DNA of 64,000 nucleotides, taken from the NCBI GenBank assembly GCA_038245295.1, contig JBBRSP010000017.1, positions 50,144-114,143 on the forward strand, in the 5' to 3' direction. Made by a program: the position numbers and the translations under genes. Shown here in pieces: positions 46,244 to 55,591 of the stretch; position 1 is the stretch's first letter; every line of letters starts with the position of its first letter. The stretch is from Candidatus Binatia bacterium. GTDB lineage: Bacteria > Desulfobacterota > Binatia > HRBIN30. The notes under the pieces are model-generated. The model was not told the origin of the DNA, searched no databases, and worked only from the letters and a program-made list of their open reading frames with translations.

Positions 46244-49200
46244 ATGACGAGAAGATCGCTTCGCCGAGGACTGTCCGCTGCATTTCTGGTGGGCCTTGGC
46301 CTGATTGCCCTGACGAGCGGCCGCGCGACGGCTGCTCCGTACACGCTTTTTGAAAGCGGCCCGGTCCGCCCACTGGCGAAATCGCCGGACGGGACCAAGC
46401 TGTTTGTCACCAACATCCCCGATGGCCGTTTGGAGATCTTCTCCATTGGTGTCGGCGGCGGCCTCACCAAGACGGCATCGGTTGTCGTCGGCCTCGAGCC
46501 GGTCGCCGTCGCAGCGCGCAGCAACAGCGAAGTCTGGGTCGTCAACCACCTCTCGGATAGCGTCAGCATCGTTGACGTCGCCTCCTCGCCGCCGCGCGTT
46601 GTTCGCACGTTGCTGGTCGGCGACGAGCCGCGCGATATCCTGTTCGCCGGCACCGGCGGCAATCGCGCCTTCATTACATGCGCCCACCGCGGCCAGAACA
46701 ATCCGAACGACCCGCAGTTGACGACCGCGAGTGTCGGCCGCGCCGACGTCTGGACATTCGACGCGACCAACCTCGGCTCCTCCCTGGGCGGTAATCCGAT
46801 CAACATCCTGTCTCTGTTCGGTGATACCCCGCGAGCCCTGGCCAAGAGCCCGGACGGCAACACGGTGTATGCCGCGGTCTTCCACTCGGGCAACAAGACG
46901 GCCACCGTCTCCGAGGGTGCCGTCTGTAACGACGGCAACCTCGATGACAACCTGGTGGCGGGTTCCTGCACGGTCGGTGGCCAGACTGTTCCCGGCGGCG
47001 TCCCGAATCCTGAGAACGATCACAACGGCGTGAATCGCCGCGAGCTCGGCTTGATCGTGCGCCACAACGGGACCAACTGGGTCGACGGCATTTGTGCCGG
47101 TGGCTCGCGCAGCGGCATGGAGTGTTTCACCAACGCCGATTGTCCAAGCAGCACGTGCACCATCCGTAACTGGGACAATGCGATCAAGTTCACCCTGCCG
47201 GATAAGGACGTCTTCGTCATCGATCCCAACAGCAATCCGCCGGCACAGCTTGCCGGTGCCGCAGGCTTCTATTCCACGGTCGGCACGATCCTGTTCAACA
47301 TGGTTGCCAACCCGGTGAGCGGCAAGATCTACGTCAGCAATTTCGACGCAAACAACGCGACGCGTTTCGAAGGTCCCGGCGTCTTTGGCGGCTCGACCGT
47401 GCAGGGACACCTCATGGAGGCGCGCATCTCGATCCTCAACGGTGGCGCCGTCACGACGCGCCGTCTGAACAAACACATCGATTACAGTGTCCGGCCGGCC
47501 GTGGCCGGCGTCAAAGACAACAGCTTGACGACGCCGACGGAAATGGCCGTCACGTCGGACGGCGCCACGTTGTATGTGGCTGCGTTCGGTTCGAGCAAGA
47601 TCGGTGTGTTCGATACGGCGCAGTTGGAGAACGACACGTTCACGCCGAATGGCGCCAACAACATCACCGTCAGCGGCGGCGGCCCGGGCGGTCTGGTGCT
47701 CAACGAAACCGACCATCGGCTTTACGTGCTGACGCGTTTCGACAACGGCGTCGGTGTCATCAACACCGACACGAAGACGGAAGTCGATCACATCTCCTTG
47801 TTCAACCCCGAGCCGACGTCGGTCATCAACGGCCGTCCGTTCCTCTACGACGGAAACTTGACGTCGAGCAACGGTGAAGCGGCGTGCGCCAGTTGCCACA
47901 TCTTCGGCGATATGGACGATCTCGCCTGGGACCTTGGCAACCCGGATGACAACAATGCCACCAACCCTCTGACCATCAAACTATCGGTCGGCGCCGGCAG
48001 TGTCAGCAGCGACTTCCATCCGATGAAGGGCCCCATGACGACGCAGACCCTGCGCGGCATGAACACCCACGGTGCCATGCACTGGCGCGGTGATCGCAAT
48101 CCCGGAACCAACGTCCCCGACGAAGATGCGTCCTTCAAGAAGTTCAACGTCGCTTTCCCGGGTTTGGTCGGTCGAACCGCTCAGCTGACTACCGGGGAAA
48201 TGCAGGCGTTTACCGACTTCATCCTGCAGGTGACGCTGCCGCCGAACCCGATCCGCGCCATCGACAACTCCATGAACACGGCGCAGACGAACGGTTTCAA
48301 TTTCTACAAAGGCAACACCGGGCGTTGCGCCGACGGTCTCTCCAGCCTCGTCTGCACAACGAGCAGCACGGCCAACGGCCAGTTGGCGTTTAGTTGTAAT
48401 GGTTGCCACGTGCTTGATCGCAGCATCGGTGCCTTCGGCGCCGACGGCAAAGCCAGCTTCGAGAACGAGCCGCAGATGATGAAGGTGGCCCACCTGCGCA
48501 ACCTGTACCAGAAGGTCGGCATGTTCGGCATGCCGGACGTCAACTTCTTCGACGACCATGCCGGTGAAAACAACAACCTGGGTGACCAGATCCGCGGCTT
48601 CGGTTTCTTGCACGACGGCAGTGTGGCGACCGTCTTCCACTTCCTACATGCGTCGGTGTTCACGGACAACAACGGCCTCGGGTTTCCCAACAGTTCGGGT
48701 GGTAATGGCGACCCTGTGCGCCGCGACGTCGAAGCGTTCCTGATGGCGTTCGACACCAACCTCTATCCGGTGATCGGGCAGCAGATCACCCTTACCGCGA
48801 CCAATGCGGCGACGGTCAACGCGCGCGTCGACGTCTTGATCGCCCAGGCGGCGGCGGGCCAAGCCGACCTCGTCGTCAAAGGCATCGTCGGCGGCGTGCA
48901 GCGCGGATACTACCGCACCGCCGGTGGCACGTTCCAATCCGATCGCGGTGCCGAGTCTCCCTTCTCGGATGCCGTCATGCGGGCTCAAGCGGCAACCACA
49001 GGCCAGGAGTTGACCTACACCGCGGTGCCTCTGGGCTCGGCTGTGCGTATCGGTGTCGACCGCGACCTCGACAACTACTTCGATCGCGACGAAATCGATG
49101 CCGGGTCGAACCCGGACGATGCCAACAGCATCCCGGGCGCTGCGACGCCGACGCCGACGAATTCGCCTGTTCCGGTAGCAACCGCGACCAGGACGGCGAC

Positions 49201-50224
49201 CTCCACCGCGTCGCCGACCTCGACGGCGATGCCCAGCAGCACCGCGACGTCGACTCTTCCGCCGACGGCAACACCGACGATCACCAACACCCCATCGCCG
49301 ACACACACGGCGACGGATCTCCCAACCCACACGCCGACGCAGACGGCTACTATCACCGACACGCCGACGCAGACGGCGACTGAGACGCCGACCGTGACGC
49401 CTGGTGGTCCGACGCTGACGCCGACAGGCACGCCGACGGAAACCGGTACGCCGACGCAGACCTTCACCCACACGTCGACGCCGACGATTACCAATACGCC
49501 GGTTCCACCGACGATGACGTTTACCAATACGCCGACGTCGACTCCGACGGTGACGTTGACCTTCACGCCGACGCCGACCAACACGCCGACGTCGACGGTT
49601 ACCGAGACGCCGACGATCACCCTGACGCCGACACCAACCTCGACGTTCACGCCAACCGAAACGGCTACACCGACACGTGTTGTTGACTGTATCGGTGGCA
49701 CGCAACTGGTCGCTCCACATCTGCGTGTTGGTGCCGATCTCGATCCTTCGGGCGACGAGACCTTCAGCATGAGCGGCCACTGGATCGTCTCGCCGTCGGT
49801 CCCGGCCATCAATCCGGTTGGCAACGGCTTCCGCTTCGCGGTTGGTGGTGTGAACGGACTGTTGCTCTATGACCGTGTCATCCCTCCTGGCCTCAGGCCC
49901 GGTCCTGGCTTGCCGGGGTGGGCGCTGAGCCTGAGTGGGCGTGTCGCCAAGTACACGGACCCGAACGGCACCGTCGGTGGCATCACCAACGTGTCGATCT
50001 CCGCGTCCCGACGTATCCCCGGTCAGTACACGGTAAAGGTCCGTGGCAAGCGAGGCGACTTCCAGGTGCGACCGGACGAACATCCGGTGACCGTGCTCAT
50101 GGTCCTCGGCGGTGACGCGGCAGGCCAGTCCGGTCAATGTGCCTACAACGCCTTCAATCCGGCTCTTGGGCTGAAGCCGAACTGCAAGCTGTCGAAGACG
50201 GGCAACGTCCTGTCCTGCCGATAG
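46244..50224 (+). CDS. Secreted YVTN/YncE beta-propeller fused to a di-heme c (CCP/MauG-like) domain, Thr-Pro linker and C-terminal domain
   Basis: Signal peptide; VGLEPVAV / VGDEPRD propeller repeats; CASCH and CNGCH; GFLHDGS; about 180-aa T/P tract. Confidence 0.82.
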   Translation: MTRRSLRRGLSAAFLVGLGLIALTSGRATAAPYTLFESGPVRPLAKSPDGTKLFVTNIPDGRLEIFSIGVGGGLTKTASVVVGLEPVAVAARSNSEVWVVNHLSDSVSIVDVASSPPRVVRTLLVGDEPRDILFAGTGGNRAFITCAHRGQNNPNDPQLTTASVGRADVWTFDATNLGSSLGGNPINILSLFGDTPRALAKSPDGNTVYAAVFHSGNKTATVSEGAVCNDGNLDDNLVAGSCTVGGQTVPGGVPNPENDHNGVNRRELGLIVRHNGTNWVDGICAGGSRSGMECFTNADCPSSTCTIRNWDNAIKFTLPDKDVFVIDPNSNPPAQLAGAAGFYSTVGTILFNMVANPVSGKIYVSNFDANNATRFEGPGVFGGSTVQGHLMEARISILNGGAVTTRRLNKHIDYSVRPAVAGVKDNSLTTPTEMAVTSDGATLYVAAFGSSKIGVFDTAQLENDTFTPNGANNITVSGGGPGGLVLNETDHRLYVLTRFDNGVGVINTDTKTEVDHISLFNPEPTSVINGRPFLYDGNLTSSNGEAACASCHIFGDMDDLAWDLGNPDDNNATNPLTIKLSVGAGSVSSDFHPMKGPMTTQTLRGMNTHGAMHWRGDRNPGTNVPDEDASFKKFNVAFPGLVGRTAQLTTGEMQAFTDFILQVTLPPNPIRAIDNSMNTAQTNGFNFYKGNTGRCADGLSSLVCTTSSTANGQLAFSCNGCHVLDRSIGAFGADGKASFENEPQMMKVAHLRNLYQKVGMFGMPDVNFFDDHAGENNNLGDQIRGFGFLHDGSVATVFHFLHASVFTDNNGLGFPNSSGGNGDPVRRDVEAFLMAFDTNLYPVIGQQITLTATNAATVNARVDVLIAQAAAGQADLVVKGIVGGVQRGYYRTAGGTFQSDRGAESPFSDAVMRAQAATTGQELTYTAVPLGSAVRIGVDRDLDNYFDRDEIDAGSNPDDANSIPGAATPTPTNSPVPVATATRTATSTASPTSTAMPSSTATSTLPPTATPTITNTPSPTHTATDLPTHTPTQTATITDTPTQTATETPTVTPGGPTLTPTGTPTETGTPTQTFTHTSTPTITNTPVPPTMTFTNTPTSTPTVTLTFTPTPTNTPTSTVTETPTITLTPTPTSTFTPTETATPTRVVDCIGGTQLVAPHLRVGADLDPSGDETFSMSGHWIVSPSVPAINPVGNGFRFAVGGVNGLLLYDRVIPPGLRPGPGLPGWALSLSGRVAKYTDPNGTVGGITNVSISASRRIPGQYTVKVRGKRGDFQVRPDEHPVTVLMVLGGDAAGQSGQCAYNAFNPALGLKPNCKLSKTGNVLSCR
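49138..49675 (+). repeat. Coding low-complexity Thr-Pro repeat (acgccgacg-type codons)
   Basis: TPTxTxT periodicity in the translation. Confidence 0.9.
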
Positions 50225-50246
50225 GCTTCTGCTGCGCTCCGTTTCC

Positions 50247-50281
50247 AACCCCTCCTCCGCCACGGCGGGGGAGGGGTTTTT
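50247..50281 (+). terminator. Rho-independent terminator
   Basis: aacccctcctccgcc-ac-ggcgggggaggggtt hairpin with a T tract, just after the stop at 50224. Confidence 0.8.
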
Positions 50282-50340
50282 CTTCGACGATCCATTTTCG
50301 ATGTGCTGGTTCAGTCCTCGATTGAAGCTTCATCCCATGC

Positions 50341-50406
50341 CGCAGGCTGAAGCCTGCGCCTACCGGTTTGCGCCTTCTGTTTGGTAGGCGCAGGCTTCAG
50401 CCTGCG
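50341..50406. repeat. GTAG-type REP doublet
   Basis: cgcaggctgaagcctgcgcctacc ... ggtaggcgcaggcttcagcctgcg, perfect inverted pair. Confidence 0.88.
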
Positions 50407-50457
50407 GTGAGGAGAATGACAAGAGTAAGCGGGAGAGCGCTGCCCAAAGGATGACTG

Positions 50458-51930
50458 ATGTTGCGACGTGGCCTGAAGACGGTTGGACTAGGCTTGCTGG
50501 CGCTCGTCGCCATCCTGTTCGGGCGTGCGGCGTTGCTCACGTCATCCGTGGTTGCCGTCGCGGCGGCGCCGCCGCTAGCCGTGGCCCCGGGTGCCATCGA
50601 ACGCTTCGCCGGCGCGTTGCGTCTGCAGACGATCTCGCATCAAGACCAGGCGCAGATGGATGGCGTGCCCTTCACGGCTCTGCACGCCTATCTCGAACAA
50701 CAGTTCCCACTGGTGCACCAGCATCTGAGCCGCGAGACCGTCGAGGGCCTTTCCCTGTTGTACACGTGGCAGGGCAGCGACCCGAAGCGTGCACCGATCG
50801 TGTTGCTGTCGCATCTCGATGTCGTGCCGGTGGAGCCTGGGACCGACACTCTGTGGCAACACCCGCCGTTTGCCGGCGTGGTCGCGGACGGCTTCCTGTG
50901 GGGTCGCGGCGCCATGGACGACAAGATCGGCGTGCTCGGCATTCTCGAAGCGGCCGAGTCGCTGTTGCGGCAGGGCTTCCAACCACAGGCGACGATCTAC
51001 TTTGCCTTCGGACATGATGAAGAGCTCGGTGGCCCGCATGGCGCGCCGAATCTGGCGGCGTTGCTGAAACAGCGCGGCGTGCACGCCGACTTCGTGCTCG
51101 ACGAGGGTGGCTCGCTGATCAAAGGCATTCTCCCCGGCCTCGACCGGCCGGTGGCTTGCGTCGGCGTGGCGGAGAAGGGTTACGTCAGCGTCGAGCTGAC
51201 GGTAGAAAGTGACGGCGGTCATTCGTCGTCGCCGCCGCGCCACACGGCGATCGGCCAGCTCAGTCAGGTCATCGCGCGCCTCGAGGATCACCCGATGCCC
51301 GGTGGAGTGCGAGGGCCGGTACGCGAGTTCCTCAATCGCATCGGACCCGAGATGGGTTTTGGATACCGCATCGTCTTCGCCAACCTGTGGCTCTTCGAGC
51401 CGGTGGTGGCGCTGGCGATGGGCACCAACCCGGCGGCCAACGCGACACTGCGTACGACAACGGCGGTGACCATGGTCGAGGGCGGCGTGAAGGATAACGT
51501 GTTGCCGAAGAGCGCCCGGGCAGTGGTGAACTTCCGCATCTTGCCGGGTGAGTCGGTCGACTCGGTTGTGGCGCACGTCAAGCAGGTCGTTGCCGACGAC
51601 AAGGTGAAGATCCGCATCCTGCCTGGCCCGCGTGAGCCGACGCCAAGCTCGCCGACCGACTCGACCGCTTTCGCCGGTATCGATCGAACCATCCGAAGTG
51701 TCTTCCCTCAGGCAGTCGTGGCACCGTACCTCACCATCGGCGGCACCGACGCGCGCCACTATCTCGAGGTGTCGCCGAACGTCTATCGCTTCATGCCAAT
51801 GGTTGCCGATCCTTCCGATCTCAACCGTACGCACGGCACCAACGAGCGTCTGGCGGTGGAGCAATACGACAAGGTCGTGCAGTTCTACGCCACCATCCTG
51901 CGCCTCAGCAGTCCCAGCCCCGCAGGTTAA
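50458..51930 (+). CDS. M20 metallopeptidase (carboxypeptidase S / PM20D1-like)
   Basis: SHLDVVP, GRGAMDDK, GHDEE, LDEG, GGTDARHY, HGTNE; N-terminal anchor. Confidence 0.92.
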   Translation: MLRRGLKTVGLGLLALVAILFGRAALLTSSVVAVAAAPPLAVAPGAIERFAGALRLQTISHQDQAQMDGVPFTALHAYLEQQFPLVHQHLSRETVEGLSLLYTWQGSDPKRAPIVLLSHLDVVPVEPGTDTLWQHPPFAGVVADGFLWGRGAMDDKIGVLGILEAAESLLRQGFQPQATIYFAFGHDEELGGPHGAPNLAALLKQRGVHADFVLDEGGSLIKGILPGLDRPVACVGVAEKGYVSVELTVESDGGHSSSPPRHTAIGQLSQVIARLEDHPMPGGVRGPVREFLNRIGPEMGFGYRIVFANLWLFEPVVALAMGTNPAANATLRTTTAVTMVEGGVKDNVLPKSARAVVNFRILPGESVDSVVAHVKQVVADDKVKIRILPGPREPTPSSPTDSTAFAGIDRTIRSVFPQAVVAPYLTIGGTDARHYLEVSPNVYRFMPMVADPSDLNRTHGTNERLAVEQYDKVVQFYATILRLSSPSPAG

Positions 51931-51965
51931 AGCCGGGACATCCAGACGGGTAGGCGCAGGCTTTA

Positions 51966-52099
51966 GAGGCTGTCTCAAAACATAGGCTCGCCCTTCGACG
52001 GGCTCAGGGCGAGCGGACAAAATGTCTTTGAAAATCAACCAATCAACCGCTCAGGCTGAGCTTGTCGAAGCCGGCTCCCCGAGGTTTTGAGACAGCCTC
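51966..52099. mobile_element. MITE family B, intact 134-bp copy with TTTA target-site duplication inside a GTAG REP
   Basis: Perfect TIR gaggctgtctcaaaac/gttttgagacagcctc; ggtaggcgcaggc-TTTA[element]TTTA-gcc. Confidence 0.88.
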
Positions 52100-52218
52100 T
52101 TTAGCCGGCGGAGTCGCGCTCTCCGGGGTAAGGGCTGCGTCCGCTATCTTTAGGGGATTTGATGTTTTCTTCCGCGCCTCCCTCAGGCACCGTGAGGTGG
52201 TCCCATGAGGAGATACCC

Positions 52219-52929
52219 ATGAACCATGAACGTCGAGAGTTCGTCCGCAACACAACTGCATTCCTGGCCGCCGCGGCCGGTGGGCTCGTGGTCCCGCTGG
52301 CATCGCGCGCCCTGGAGGTGGAGAGCGGCACCAAGCCCGAGATCGACGCGGACATCTCCGCGCCCGAAGATCTGATGCGCGAGCACGGGCTGCTCGATCG
52401 TATCCTGCTGGTCTACGAAGAAGGGCTGCGGCGTTTGCGCGTCAAAGAAGATGTGCCGCCCGAGGTGTTCCAGAAGCCGGCGACGCTGATCCGCAAGTTC
52501 GTCGAGGACTACCACGAGCGGCAGGAAGAGAACTTCATCTTCACCGCGTTCGAACAGCACAAGACGTTGGTCGACCTGGTGAATGTCTTGCGACAGCAAC
52601 ACGATGCCGGCCGCAAGCTCACCGATGTCGTCCTCAACGCCGCGACGGCGGCGAACTTTGCCAAGAGCGACGCGCGCCAACAGCTTGTGCACGCCTGCGA
52701 AGCCTTCATCCATATGTACCGCCCGCACGCGGCCCGCGAAGACACGGTGCTGTTCCCGGCTCTCTATAAGGTGATCGGCGCCAAAGCGGTGGGTGAGCTG
52801 GGAGAGAAGTTCGAAGCCGAGGAGCAGCGTCTCTTCGGTGCGGAGGGCTTCGATAAGAATGTCGACGCGGTGGCGGCGATCGAGAAGCAGTTGGGCATCT
52901 ACGAGCTCGCGGCGTTCACGCCCAGATGA
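52219..52929 (+). CDS. Hemerythrin-like (HHE) domain protein with a putative Tat signal
   Basis: RREFV followed by a hydrophobic stretch; LMREH, YHERQEE, QH, HAAREDTVLFP. Confidence 0.85.
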   Translation: MNHERREFVRNTTAFLAAAAGGLVVPLASRALEVESGTKPEIDADISAPEDLMREHGLLDRILLVYEEGLRRLRVKEDVPPEVFQKPATLIRKFVEDYHERQEENFIFTAFEQHKTLVDLVNVLRQQHDAGRKLTDVVLNAATAANFAKSDARQQLVHACEAFIHMYRPHAAREDTVLFPALYKVIGAKAVGELGEKFEAEEQRLFGAEGFDKNVDAVAAIEKQLGIYELAAFTPR

Positions 52930-53251
52930 GTGGGCGGCATTGCGCGCGCCGAGGGGTTTGTGGACTTTGCCATTGGCGGGTCGTTCACGCACGGCAGCAA
53001 GGCGAGCTTCGGCAGCTACAACGGAAGGGAGCGATGTGGACGTCGGCGTCGATGTGCATGCCGGCGCTACCTGGATGTTTACGCATCGCTTCGGCATGTT
53101 CGCCGAATATCGCTTCACGCACTATGATGCCCACGTGAACAACAACTCCGACTTCACCGGCTACGACGTGACCTTCACGGCGCCGGTGGATTTCAAAGCG
53201 ACGATCGATACACACCACTTCCTTACCGGATTTGCCTGCCACTTCGACTGA
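52930..53251 (+). pseudogene. Remnant of an outer-membrane beta-barrel gene (internal deletion and frameshift)
   Basis: One frame gives ARAEGFVDFAIGGSFT (signal end plus first strand); another gives VGVDVHAGATW...GMFAEYRFT...HHFLTGFACHF (C-terminal strands). Confidence 0.6.
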
Positions 53252-53285
53252 GGCTCGCTCTGCACACAGCACGCCGCAGGCTTTA

Positions 53286-53419
53286 GAGGCTGTCTCAAAA
53301 CATAGGCTCACCCTTCGACGGGCTCAGGGCGAGCGGACAAAATGTCTTTGAAAATCAACCAAACACCCGCTCAGGCTGAGCCTGTCGAAGCCGGCTCCGC
53401 AAGACTTTGAGACAGCCTC
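53286..53419. mobile_element. MITE family B, 134-bp copy inside a REP remnant
   Basis: Near-identical to 51966-52099 and in the same orientation; flanks cgcaggc-TTTA | TTTC-gcctgcg. Confidence 0.86.
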
Positions 53420-53501
53420 TTTCGCCTGCGACCGTTGGCCTTGTCGGATCTTAGGTGCACAGACCCCGGCGCCGACCGGAGTGTGCTTCGGCCTGTTCCG
53501 T

Positions 53502-54491
53502 CTAGGGGAACGTCTCGAACAAATCGCGCAGGTCCTCGACACCTTCATCCCCGGCGTGGCGCAGCAGCGGCGATACGTGGAAGATCTCCTGCAACGATTT
53601 GAGCGTCGAGCTGTGATCGTAGCGAATCGAATTGTGATAACCGCCGCCTTTGGCGAGCGGCGATAAGATGAGGAACGGGATGGGGCAGTCCGCCAGGCAG
53701 GTACGCGACAGCTCGGCTTCGTCCCAGGCGATGATGATGACGCCGTTGTCCTTGTAGGCCTGTGATGCCTGGATGACCGGGATCCATTGCGCCAACCAGT
53801 TGTCTCCTTGCTTCACCGGGTTGCGCAGGGGCGCGCACGGGCTGTGCATGTCGTTGCACTGGTTGGGTGTGAGGAAGTTGTACCGCGCCACCTTGTTGTT
53901 CTGCAGATCGGCGGTGAGCTCGCTGAATGGTCGGATGTTCTTCACGCAACGCGGCGCGAGTGGATCGGCGCTCATCGTTTGGGTGTTGTAGTTGATCACG
54001 TCGTCGAAGAAGACCATCGGGTTGTGCTTCGGCTCGTAGTTGGCAATGCCGGTTAGCGGGCATACGTCCGCCGTGATGTCCTCTTGATAGGAGCGCCACG
54101 ACACCCCTGCCTTCTCGAGCAACGTCACCAGGTGATCGGTCTCCGGGCGGTGGTTGGCGTCGGGATCGTCGTCGTTGGTGATGCCGAAATTGTCGCCTGC
54201 TTCGAGCCAGATGTAGTTCGGCTCACTCGGGTGCAGAGTGCCGTCGTTCGGCCCTTTGTAGTTGTCTGTGTAGGACGAAATCGGCACCAGCGTGTTGTTC
54301 AGGTACGGCGCGTTGGCATTGGCAAGGATCCCGTCGAGGTTCTTGTTCTCCATGAGAATCAGGAACACCGTGCGGATATGCTTGTCGGCGGCCACGGAGT
54401 TGACGCCTTCGCCATCTTCCCCACACCCCACCGCACCCAAGGCCATGACGGCCAGAGACAACACGCAACGGACCCAGGCGACTCGCTTCAT
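53502..54491 (-). CDS. Phosphoesterase-family (acid phosphatase / PLC-like) lipoprotein
   Basis: Lipobox AVGC; FLILMENK, HPSEPNY, KHNP, PNQCNDMH, WDE, YDHSSTLK. Confidence 0.88.
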   Translation of the reverse strand: MKRVAWVRCVLSLAVMALGAVGCGEDGEGVNSVAADKHIRTVFLILMENKNLDGILANANAPYLNNTLVPISSYTDNYKGPNDGTLHPSEPNYIWLEAGDNFGITNDDDPDANHRPETDHLVTLLEKAGVSWRSYQEDITADVCPLTGIANYEPKHNPMVFFDDVINYNTQTMSADPLAPRCVKNIRPFSELTADLQNNKVARYNFLTPNQCNDMHSPCAPLRNPVKQGDNWLAQWIPVIQASQAYKDNGVIIIAWDEAELSRTCLADCPIPFLILSPLAKGGGYHNSIRYDHSSTLKSLQEIFHVSPLLRHAGDEGVEDLRDLFETFP

Positions 54492-54636
54492 GCACACTCC
54501 GTTTCGATTGAAAAAGTAGCGCACGAGGTACCATGTGCGGCGTGGGGTGGCAAAGAGATTGTGCTCCCTCGACGGTCACCGCGCGGTTGTTTCGCACCAC
54601 TCTCCCTGGCATACGAAAGCGATCTAAGGAGACCGG

Positions 54637-55572
54637 ATGCCGTTGGATCTGCAAGCGAAGCAATTGATCGATCAACTCACTGCCATGGGCGGACCACAGC
54701 TGCATGAGATGCCCGTCGAGGGGGCGCGCCAGATGATGCGTGCCATGGCCGGTCTGAGTAGCGCCGGGGCGCCCGCCGTCTCGCGTGTCGAAGAGCTGCA
54801 TATTCCGGGGCCGGCCGGTGAGATTCCGGCGCGCCTCTATGCGCCGGCCAGCTCTCCGCCATTGCCAGCCCTGGTGTTCTTTCACGGCGGCGGCTGGGTG
54901 ATTGGTGACCTGGAGACCCACGACCTGACCTGTCGCAAGTTGGCCCTCGGGAGCGACTGCGCCGTCATCTCGATCGATTATCGCCTGGCGCCGGAACACA
55001 AGTTCCCCGCCGCGCCGGAAGATTGTTACGCCGCGCTGCAGTGGGTGGCGGAGCACGGGAAATCGCTGGGCATCGACCCATCGCGCATCGCTGTCGGTGG
55101 CGATAGCGCCGGTGGCAACCTGACCGCCGTCGTGGCGCAGATGGCGCGTGACCGTCGCGGTCATGCGCCGATCTTCCAACTGTTGATCTATCCGGCCACC
55201 GACGCGGCGCGCGACACCGCGTCCTACCACGACAACGCCGATGGCTATCTGCTCAGCGCTGACGCGATGAAGTGGTTCTACGGTCACTACCTCGCCGAAG
55301 CCAGCAGTCCGGCCGACCCGCTGCACTCGCCGCTGCACGCCAAGTCGCTCAAGGGGCTGCCGCCGGCGCTGGTGATCACCGCCGAGTTCGATCCGCTGCG
55401 CGACGAGGGCGAGGCCTACGGAGAGGCGCTGCGGCGCGCCGGTGTACCGGTGGCGATGACGCGTTACGCCGGTATGATCCACGGCTTCTTCGGCATGGGC
55501 ACACTCATGGAGCAGGCCAATACGGCCATGTACCAGGCTTGTGACGCTCTACGCGCTGCCTTTCGAGGCTGA
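54637..55572 (+). CDS. Hormone-sensitive-lipase family esterase
   Basis: HGGGW, DYRLAPE, GDSAG, DPLRDEG, HGF. Confidence 0.94.
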   Translation: MPLDLQAKQLIDQLTAMGGPQLHEMPVEGARQMMRAMAGLSSAGAPAVSRVEELHIPGPAGEIPARLYAPASSPPLPALVFFHGGGWVIGDLETHDLTCRKLALGSDCAVISIDYRLAPEHKFPAAPEDCYAALQWVAEHGKSLGIDPSRIAVGGDSAGGNLTAVVAQMARDRRGHAPIFQLLIYPATDAARDTASYHDNADGYLLSADAMKWFYGHYLAEASSPADPLHSPLHAKSLKGLPPALVITAEFDPLRDEGEAYGEALRRAGVPVAMTRYAGMIHGFFGMGTLMEQANTAMYQACDALRAAFRG

Positions 55573-55591
55573 CCAGAAAGCGAGCCAAACG

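Noticed and set aside
48644..50263. 539-aa Arg-rich minus-strand ORF
   Set aside because: Antisense shadow of the Thr-Pro repeat gene
50575..52038. Long antisense ORFs (also 41984..43306, 46205..47899, 54223..55482, 27564..28532)
   Set aside because: They lie opposite well-supported genes; expected in high-GC DNA and carry no motifs
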